From Synechococcus sp. (GTDB lineage Bacteria; Cyanobacteriota; Cyanobacteriia; PCC-6307; Cyanobiaceae), in the NCBI GenBank assembly GCA_047285305.1, contig JBJBDL010000003.1:1440001-1504000 (forward strand): a stretch of 64,000 bases of DNA. Reading direction: 5' to 3'. Shown here piece after piece: positions 22,889 to 29,905 of the stretch; positions within the stretch are counted from its first letter, which is position 1, and every line of letters starts with the position of its first letter. Made by a program: the position numbers and the translations under genes. The notes beneath the pieces are model-generated. The model was given only the letters and a program-made list of their open reading frames with translations, searched no databases and was not told the origin of the DNA.

Positions 22889-23691
22889 ATCGGGTCTCCT
22901 TCCATTCGTCCCACAAAAAGAGCCATCACAGGCGCTGTGGCCATCAGCGTCACCCCTTCTCCAACGGGCAACGTTTGAAGCACCACCTGTTGCAGCAGGA
23001 TTCCCCCGTTGGTTCCGACCACGGTGGCAATGACAAGCTTCCATGCCTCCCGTGGCTTCAGCTTGGTCTGTCTCCAGATCCCTTTGAGGAAGGGGAGAAG
23101 ACCAAACCATCCGCCCAGCAGCCGGATCGATGCCGTCTGCAATGGGGTGAGGTCGCTGCTGATCAGCACATGACGGGCCAGAAAGGCTCCGCTCAGGCCA
23201 CAGATCACGGCGAAGAGTGCCAACAGCAGACCGATGCCGAAGTCAACAGTGCTGCCCCCCCGCTTCCCTTGGCTGGTCTCTTTCGCCTGCATGGCAATGA
23301 GAACCACCGCGCTTGAAACCAGAAGCGCGCCGAGACCGTTCTTCACGGCCAAGCTGTCCCCCATCACCAGAACCCCAGCGATGCTGGCCAGCACCGGACC
23401 GCTGGCCTCTACGGTGAGGGTTCGTCGGGTGCCGAGTCGCCGCAACGCCTCGAGATAGAAGCTGTCCCCTGCCGCAATGCCGATCAAGCCGCTGATCAAC
23501 AGCAGCAGAACAGCATGCACGTTGGTGTTGTACGGAAGTGTGAGCAGAACCGGCAGAAACAGCAGGCTGGCCAAGCCGTTTTTCATGGCGTTGAGCCGGA
23601 TCGCCGTGACCCGCCCTGATAGCGATCGCCACAGCGCACTGGCTCCCGTCCAGGCGATGGCCGCTCCCAGGGCCGCCAGTACACCCGTCAT
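22825..23691 (-). CDS. DMT/EamA family transporter
   Basis: About ten TM helices in two repeats, GIAAGDSFY motif; start placed at MTGVLAALG; 64 bp convergent overlap with cobW. Confidence 0.85.
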   Translation of the reverse strand: MTGVLAALGAAIAWTGASALWRSLSGRVTAIRLNAMKNGLASLLFLPVLLTLPYNTNVHAVLLLLISGLIGIAAGDSFYLEALRRLGTRRTLTVEASGPVLASIAGVLVMGDSLAVKNGLGALLVSSAVVLIAMQAKETSQGKRGGSTVDFGIGLLLALFAVICGLSGAFLARHVLISSDLTPLQTASIRLLGGWFGLLPFLKGIWRQTKLKPREAWKLVIATVVGTNGGILLQQVVLQTLPVGEGVTLMATAPVMALFVGRMEGDPIQLSGVAAAGLALAGVACTSL

Positions 23692-23777
23692 GGTCTGATG
23701 TTGATCGTTCTGCAGTCTGCTGCGCAGTAGAGAACTCTGTTCACAATTCAGGAATGTGAGGCCCCGAGACCTGCACG

Positions 23778-23993
23778 GTGCTGGGGCAATTAATGGAAAG
23801 CCTGTCGGGACATTTGGCGGTTCATCTTGAAAGTCGTGTTCCTCGCACGGAGCTTTATGAAGCGCGGATCGCTTCATCCAAGCCATCGCTTGGTTTTTTC
23901 ATTCTTCTGATCACCTCTGCGGTGATCGCCAGCCTCGGGCTGATTCCCAACAGCACGGCGGTTGTGATCTGGGCCATGATCGTCGCTCCGTGA
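23778..23993 (+). pseudogene. Truncated DUF389/TIGR00341-like membrane protein (N-terminal fragment)
   Basis: LITSAVIASLGLIPNSTAVVIWAMIVAP then stop; resembles the IATLGL..NS.AVVIGAMIVAPL start of this family. Confidence 0.7.
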
Positions 23994-24032
23994 GTTAACG
24001 CAATGGATGCTGGTTTGTGAACGGTTTGGCTA

Positions 24033-24986
24033 TCAGCGGGACGGCGTCAAAAAAGTGTTGATCAACTTGTTCGACAACATCCAGAGCATCGTCGCTTTGT
24101 CGCTGTTCTTCGCTTCCTCGGAGGGTTCCGTTGGTTTGAATTGATGCCGGCCAGGGCCCAACAGCGCATTGCTCCAGTAGCTGAATCCCGGTTGATCAAG
24201 TTGTGCATCGATGAGCTGCACCAGCAGTTCCCCTGCCCGCTCAACGCTTTCCGTCAAGCGCAAGAGATCCCGAGCGACCAACCCAAACAAAGCCTGCCCA
24301 AGTGGATTGGCTTGGCGACTGTTTCTGAAAAACCCCCCTGATGTGCGTGGAATCACCAGCCCCGGACTCCACGCCAAGACAGGTAAATCCTGACGCTGCC
24401 TGTGGATCTGCACGGCCATCAGCAGATTGCAGAGCTTGCTGTCTTTGTAGGCCTTGTCTGCATTGAACGGACTTTCTCCGTCCACCATCGGCGCCCCGGG
24501 GCCCTCGCGGAGCCCTTGTAGCGAGCCCAGGCCTGCAGGCTGGCCAACCCGTCCTCCGCCGGTGGCTGGATTGTGCACCTCAGAGGCGGTGATCACGATG
24601 GCTTGGCTTTGCTCCTTCAATCCTTCAGCCAGAAGTTGATGGGCCAGGTGGTTCACCGCAAAGGTGAGTTCAATGCCCTGTGCACTCCAACGTGGAGAGC
24701 CGTGGCCGGCGTATTGCAACCCTGCATTGAGCACTAGTGCATCGAATGTCATCTCGTCATGTCGGAGTTGTTCGATTGCTTTGGCCACAGACGCAAGGTC
24801 CGCCAGATCGGCAATGCAGGTGTCAACAGAACCCGACAGAGCCGTGCGGGTTAGCTCGGCCCGTTCTGCATTGCGGCAAACAATGGTGAGTGCATCACCA
24901 CGCGCCAGCAGGATTTTTGCCGCTTCAAGGCCAATGCCGCTGCTGGCACCGGTGATCAGAACGCGGCGCTGTTCAGCAGTCGTCAT
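24033..24986 (-). CDS. SDR oxidoreductase, protochlorophyllide reductase (LPOR)-like
   Basis: TGASSGIG, NAG, FAVNHLAH, KAYKDSKLCN. Confidence 0.85.
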   Translation of the reverse strand: MTTAEQRRVLITGASSGIGLEAAKILLARGDALTIVCRNAERAELTRTALSGSVDTCIADLADLASVAKAIEQLRHDEMTFDALVLNAGLQYAGHGSPRWSAQGIELTFAVNHLAHQLLAEGLKEQSQAIVITASEVHNPATGGGRVGQPAGLGSLQGLREGPGAPMVDGESPFNADKAYKDSKLCNLLMAVQIHRQRQDLPVLAWSPGLVIPRTSGGFFRNSRQANPLGQALFGLVARDLLRLTESVERAGELLVQLIDAQLDQPGFSYWSNALLGPGRHQFKPTEPSEEAKNSDKATMLWMLSNKLINTFLTPSR

Positions 24987-25860
24987 GGAGTTTGAACACG
25001 TAGAGATCGGCGTCTCGATCGCTCACCAGGTACATCCTTTTCCGCCCGGGATCGAAGGCAACACCCTCCGGTTTGCGGATCCGTTTTGGCTTGTCTCCCG
25101 TGCTGATGGTGAGATCGAGGCGCTGGAGAACAGTGTCACCTGCCCAGTCGTACTGGAACAGGCACCGCCCCTTGTCGCTGACGATCCAGAGGGTGTCGCT
25201 GCTGCTGTCGTAGCTCAGGCCCGAGAAATCGAGCTTCTCGGCTTTCAGTTCGGGATGGATGAACCCTTGGCTGGGTTGCAGCACTCTTGTGGAGAGGATT
25301 GTCGTGAGTGTGGAATCCAGTTCGATCAGCAGACCGGGCTGGCGCTCTTTCACCACAACCACATGGTTGTTCCTGGTGTTCACGGTGATGCCCTCCAATC
25401 CTTTGTTGTCCGGAGGGTCTGGGAAGTGGTGCGCGATCGTGTCGTAGTTGGTCATGGCTGACAGCGGGCGCCGCGACCGTTCGGTCCGGCTGCTCAGATC
25501 CACCACGACTACAGAATTGCTCCCCTCCTGCACCACGAGCAGCTCGCTGTCATCGCCACGGAGTGCAATGCCTTCCAAGTCATCGAGGCCGATGAAGAAC
25601 GAGTCGCTCACCGACACCCTGCCTTTGAGATCCAGACGAAAAATCGCCTTGGTGTCATCACTGACGGTGTACAGCGCAGAGCCATCCGCGTTCAACGTCA
25701 GTCCGGATGGTTCATTCAGGCCGAGGCCTGGGTCACGAATCCGGTGACGTTTCAGCAGCTCAAGGCGCATAGAGGTCATCCTCATCGGGACCCGTTCCTG
25801 GTGATTCTCGAGGCTTGGCGCGTGTTTGCCAGCCATCGCAAGTGAGGATGAAGGGATCAC
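24973..25860 (-). CDS. SdiA-regulated/YjiK-like beta-propeller protein (start uncertain)
   Basis: EPSGLT, DLEGI, NKGLEGIT, DFSGL, KPEGVAFD blade motifs. Confidence 0.8.
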   Translation of the reverse strand: MIPSSSLAMAGKHAPSLENHQERVPMRMTSMRLELLKRHRIRDPGLGLNEPSGLTLNADGSALYTVSDDTKAIFRLDLKGRVSVSDSFFIGLDDLEGIALRGDDSELLVVQEGSNSVVVVDLSSRTERSRRPLSAMTNYDTIAHHFPDPPDNKGLEGITVNTRNNHVVVVKERQPGLLIELDSTLTTILSTRVLQPSQGFIHPELKAEKLDFSGLSYDSSSDTLWIVSDKGRCLFQYDWAGDTVLQRLDLTISTGDKPKRIRKPEGVAFDPGRKRMYLVSDRDADLYVFKLHDDC

Positions 25861-25871
25861 GGCTAGGCGCC

Positions 25872-26414
25872 ATGAATCGGATCGCTGTGTATTGCGGCTC
25901 CTTGAGCGGCGACTCGAACCTGTTCAAGCTTGCTGCCACTGAGCTGGGTGCACTGATCGCCACCCAGGGCATGACCCTGGTTTACGGCGGAGCTCGCATT
26001 GGCTTGATGGGAGCGGTTGCTGATGCCGCTTTGGCGTCTGGAGGGGAGGTGATCGGGGTGATCCCCGAGTCGTTAACGCAGGATGAAGTGGTGCACACCG
26101 GTTTGACCTATCTCGAGGTTGTGGGATCGATGCACGAGCGCAAAGCGCGGATGCTCGATCTGGCCGATGCAGCCGTGGCCCTGCCCGGAGGGCTGGGAAC
26201 CCTCGACGAGTTGTTTGAAGCCTTGACCTGGGCTCAGCTTCGTTTTCATGCCAAGCCGATCGGCATGCTCAACCTCGATGGCTACTTCGATGCTTTGCTG
26301 AGCTTTTTGGATCAAAGCGTTTCGATGGGCTTTCTCTCGGAGCGAAATCGCCAGCTTCTCCTGGATGCAACAACGCCAGAATTGCTGGTTGATCGACTCC
26401 TCAACGCGTCCTGA
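25872..26414 (+). CDS. LOG family nucleotide phosphoribohydrolase (TIGR00730)
   Basis: VYCGS, VYGG..GLMG, MHERK, PGGLGTLDE. Confidence 0.93.
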   Translation: MNRIAVYCGSLSGDSNLFKLAATELGALIATQGMTLVYGGARIGLMGAVADAALASGGEVIGVIPESLTQDEVVHTGLTYLEVVGSMHERKARMLDLADAAVALPGGLGTLDELFEALTWAQLRFHAKPIGMLNLDGYFDALLSFLDQSVSMGFLSERNRQLLLDATTPELLVDRLLNAS

Positions 26415-27109
26415 TGCAACGCACGGTTTTGCTTACCGGAGCCAGTCGTGGCATCGGACTTTCCATTGCCAGACGGTTGCTCAAGGATGGTCACCGACTC
26501 AGCCTTGGTCTGCGGGATCCGCTGGCTCTTAGGGGAACAGATCTGGACGTCGAGGCGGTGTTGCATCACGCCTACGACGCCAGCGACCCAGCCAGTGCTG
26601 AAGCCTGGGTTGACAGCACCGTTCGTCACTGGTGTGCAATTGACACCGTGATCCACTGCGCGGGGATTTTGCATCGAACCCCGCTGTTATTTGCGGATGG
26701 CGAAGAGCAGCAACTTGATGAACTCTGGGCGATAAACGTGAAGGGGCCCTGGTGGCTGACCCGTGCGGCCTGGCCGTACCTGGTGACCAGTGGTCATGGA
26801 CGAATCCAGGTGCTGGTGTCGATGAGTGGCAAACGCGTCAAAGGTCGAATGGCGGGCTATCCCGTGAGTAAATTCGCCTTGATGGGGCTCTGTCAGAGCA
26901 TGCGTAATGAAGGGTGGGACAAGGGGATTCGGGTGACCGCCATCTGTCCCAGTTGGGTCAACACCGATATGGCTTGTGCGGTGACGGCCGTTGAGCCTGC
27001 CGCAATGACCCAACCCGAGGATCTTGCTGCTCTTTCCAGCAGTTTGTTGTCGATGCCAAACGCTGCCGTTCCGTTCGAGTTGGCGATGAATTGTTCGCTC
27101 GAAACATGA
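26414..27109 (+). CDS. SDR family oxidoreductase
   Basis: TGASRGIG, YPVSK catalytic motif, ICPSWVNTDM. Confidence 0.9.
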   Translation: MQRTVLLTGASRGIGLSIARRLLKDGHRLSLGLRDPLALRGTDLDVEAVLHHAYDASDPASAEAWVDSTVRHWCAIDTVIHCAGILHRTPLLFADGEEQQLDELWAINVKGPWWLTRAAWPYLVTSGHGRIQVLVSMSGKRVKGRMAGYPVSKFALMGLCQSMRNEGWDKGIRVTAICPSWVNTDMACAVTAVEPAAMTQPEDLAALSSSLLSMPNAAVPFELAMNCSLET

Positions 27110-27154
27110 GTTTTCTCACCATGACGATGTCGCATCCAGAGGACGTCGCTATGG

Positions 27155-27465
27155 ATGACTAAGCGTCCCTGCCTTGCGATGTGTCTTATGGCGGGGATTG
27201 GCTTGCTTGCCCCACGCCTTGTTTTGGTGCTGATGTGGTTGATCAACAGCAGCTTCGTGCTGCAGTCCTTCAGTGGCACCAGTGTTCCCAACCCGGTGCT
27301 TCCCATCCTGGGCCTGTTTTTCTACCCACCACAACCCTCGGCTATTGCTGGGCTGCGGCCTTGGTCGGAGGCGTGTCGTCGTTCAGTGGCCTATTGGTGG
27401 TGTTGTTCGGCCTGATCATCGACTTCGGGTTGAGCGGTAATGGCCGTGGTGCTGTTCGTTGTTGA
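27155..27465 (+). pseudogene. Small membrane protein, frameshifted near the T run at 27317-27321
   Basis: Frame 27155 (PRLVLVLMWL...LPILGLF) continues in frame 27181 (FLPTTTLGYCWA...GLIIDFG) if one base is added. Confidence 0.65.
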
Positions 27466-27929
27466 AAATCATCCCCGTGGAAAACTGCGCCATCTGTCAG
27501 CTGCATCTCGATCCCACAGCGCAAGAGCGGTACGAGATTCAGCGCTCTGAACTCTGGGTTTTGCGGCATCACCCGGACCCAGCACCTCTTCCAGGTTGGC
27601 TTCTCTTGGATTCACGAAGGCACTGTTCCGGACCCGTGGATTTCACGGTGGCCGAGGCTTCTGATTGGGGGTGCGCTGTTCGCGATGCCAGTGATCTCGT
27701 GAAACAGATCAGCGGATGCGAGCGCGTGTATGCCATCGCCTTTGGTGAGGGAGCCCAGCATCTTCATCTCCATCTCATCCCACGCCATTTGAATGAACCG
27801 GCCTCCAAAGCGTGGGCGGTTGCCGACTTGTACCGGGACATGGATCGCGGAGATCGAGCCGCTGCTGATCCTGCTGTTGTGGCAGAAATGGTGCGACGCT
27901 GCCGATCGTTGATCAGCGACCCAGGTTGA
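27459..27929 (+). CDS. HIT family hydrolase
   Basis: CAIC N-terminus and HLHLHLIPR histidine triad. Confidence 0.88.
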   Translation: MLKIIPVENCAICQLHLDPTAQERYEIQRSELWVLRHHPDPAPLPGWLLLDSRRHCSGPVDFTVAEASDWGCAVRDASDLVKQISGCERVYAIAFGEGAQHLHLHLIPRHLNEPASKAWAVADLYRDMDRGDRAAADPAVVAEMVRRCRSLISDPG

Positions 27930-28335
27930 ATCGTTTGCGCGTCTTGGTGCCGTTGGAGACTTGCTTGAGATTGCCCAAGGGCCAGCCGAGGTGCCTGAGA
28001 TGGCTCACCGTGTTCGGTGATGCGTTGAAGCAGTTTTCGCTGTAGCTGCTGGCGATACCGATCTCTTTGAGGGTCAGTAACAGCAACCTCTGCTCCCGGC
28101 GTGTACCCCGACGGCTCGCGAGCAGCACGAAGTCGCGTTCGCGAAGCTGTTCACCGATCGCATCGATGTTCTCGGAGTACCCCAAGGAAATAGTTTGATC
28201 AATAGCGCGATAGGCGGTGTAGATCCGTCCCTCAGGATTGTTCTCGAGGGTTTGCACCCTTTCGCTTAGGGCAATCACGGCGTCCATTACCGGAGCCTGA
28301 AGCGCCTGTTCGATCTGATCAAGCTGCACGATCAC
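27913..28335 (-). CDS. Hypothetical protein, possible degenerate GIY-YIG/T5orf172-like fold
   Basis: GRIYTAY-x6-ISLGYSENI ... LLASRRGTRREQ ... SENCF; start overlaps the stop of the upstream RHH-like gene by 4 bp. Confidence 0.65.
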   Translation of the reverse strand: MIVQLDQIEQALQAPVMDAVIALSERVQTLENNPEGRIYTAYRAIDQTISLGYSENIDAIGEQLRERDFVLLASRRGTRREQRLLLLTLKEIGIASSYSENCFNASPNTVSHLRHLGWPLGNLKQVSNGTKTRKRFNLGR

Positions 28336-28568
28336 AACCCTCCCACGGCCAAACGTTCATCACAGGCAGCCTCGTAGGCGCGGATGGCTGCGCCTGGAAT
28401 GGAGCCATTGCTCTTGAGTTGGCGCACCGATAGCTCCACGCACTGAAGTACAACGCTTGTGAGCTCACGTCCTTCGCACAGGGCCCAGCCGCGAAGAAGC
28501 ACATGAAGGCTCGGTGGAACGGAGACCGTGAGCTTTACCTGGGTCTCTCGGGTGGAGGTTTTGATCAT
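28332..28568 (-). CDS. Ribbon-helix-helix-like DNA-binding protein (78 aa)
   Basis: KLTVSV (alternating beta strand), PSLHVLLRGWALCEG (helix A), RELTSVVLQCVEL (helix B). Confidence 0.65.
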   Translation of the reverse strand: MIKTSTRETQVKLTVSVPPSLHVLLRGWALCEGRELTSVVLQCVELSVRQLKSNGSIPGAAIRAYEAACDERLAVGGL

Positions 28569-28596
28569 GACCCGTCTGCTGCCGGAGCGTCCCAAG

Positions 28597-28669
28597 GGTA
28601 GCCCAAGAGTTACTACTGGGCAACTTGTAAGTAGCTCTCTGGCGACTCCTGGGTTGCTCTGAAGTTGCT
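28597..28669. repeat. Array of seven palindromic RGYNRCY heptamers, 11-bp period; putative operator or centromere-like site
   Basis: ggtagcc 28597, agttact 28608, ggcaact 28619, agtagct 28630, ggcgact 28641, ggttgct 28652, agttgct 28663; each separated by 4 variable bases. Confidence 0.8.
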
Positions 28670-28935
28670 CCGCTGCATTGCTGGACCCAGTGGCGTGATC
28701 GCCACGGTTGCTGCTCGTGTCCCTGATTTATGGGGCACCCCTGGGAGGCACCAGGCCTGAAAAATCTGGCTGTCATTGTTGTGTCTATATGTCGTCAATT
28801 CAGCCCTGCTTTGGCTGCCATCTTTCGTTGTCCCGGTGATTCCAGGTGTCGACTTTTCATCGCTTGGCTAAAGTTGTTTTTATGCATATTTCGCATCAAT
28901 GAGGATAAAATACTGCTGTGACGACATCCGCTTCG

Positions 28936-29332
28936 ATGGGCACTGCTTCTGTTCAGGATGACAAGGTGGTCAACGTCAGAATGTCTGAATCGGAGCACAC
29001 TTTGTTGAAGGCCTACTGCGCTTCGTTGAACCGGAGCATGCAAGATGTGCTTCGTGATTTCGCGTTAATGCAAATCCAGAAGCAACGTTTTTTGTTGCCG
29101 CCTTGTGCGTTCCTTGATGGATGAGCATGGCATCGAACAAGACCCAAGAGTTCGTAAGGCTTGTTTTGGATATGCCTGTTTTTACTGCCGCCATTCAGAG
29201 GCCTGCACGGCTGGTGAAACTGATTTGCTTTATGTCCCCCGCCAGGAGATACGTGAATTGGTTGCTGAGGAATCGGCCTATATCTTCGACTTTGACGGCA
29301 GCAGCATCGAGGCTCCCACCCAGGTGGGCTGA
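28936..29332 (+). pseudogene. RHH-like protein with Cys-rich C-terminal domain; +1 frameshift in T6 at 29088-29093
   Basis: KVVNVRMSESEHTLLKAYCASLNRSMQDVLRDF; removing one T gives ...QKQRFCCRLVRSLMDEH...CFGYACFYCRHSEAC... Confidence 0.7.
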
Positions 29333-29760
29333 TCGAGTTTCGACCCGCCAGTCACTTCGCCCACTGATGAACGAGCTTTCACATCGTGAGTAGATCAAGG
29401 CTTTCTAGGCAGGAATCACCTCGAGTCTTGGGCGCAATTTGTTGATGTCGAGAAATCCGAGCACAACCCCTTTAAATATGCGGACGCTTCGGCTCATGTT
29501 GGCAGTGATAAGTCGCTAATTGGGCTTGGAAGCCGGACTAAGCGATGTACGACGCCTGATGTTTGACCCTTGTTTCGGCAGGGGGCAAATGCGTTTCTTT
29601 CTTAAGAAACCTAGTAATGAATCGATCGGCAGTGATTGGCCCGTCAAGGTATCGACGTGGTCAAATCGCTCCGGTGGTGCATAACCGTCGGCCACACGAC
29701 ATTCACTGATTCATTTCAAGACGAACGATCGTCAATATCGTTGGTCCCGGTTGTTCAAAA

Positions 29761-29847
29761 CGGAGAGGGTGGGATTCGAACCCACGGTGCCCGTGAAGAC
29801 ACGCTGGTTTTCAAGACCAGAGCCATAAACCACTCGACCACCTCTCC
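29761..29847 (-). tRNA. tRNA-Ser (anticodon TGA)
   Basis: Minus strand GGAGAGGTGGTCGAGTGGTTTATGGCTCTGGTCTTGAAAACCAG...GTGGGTTCGAATCCCACCCTCTCCG; long variable arm, anticodon loop CTTGAAA. Confidence 0.97.
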
Positions 29848-29905
29848 AGAGGTTGTCAGGTGCCCCGCAGGACACCTAACAACTGTATCGGGACGTGCTC
29901 CCAGT

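Noticed and set aside
28597..28669. CRISPR or coding tandem repeat as the explanation for the array
   Set aside because: Units are 7 bp with 4-bp spacers, there are no cas genes, and an 11-bp period is not codon-based. No CRISPR array was seen anywhere in the window.
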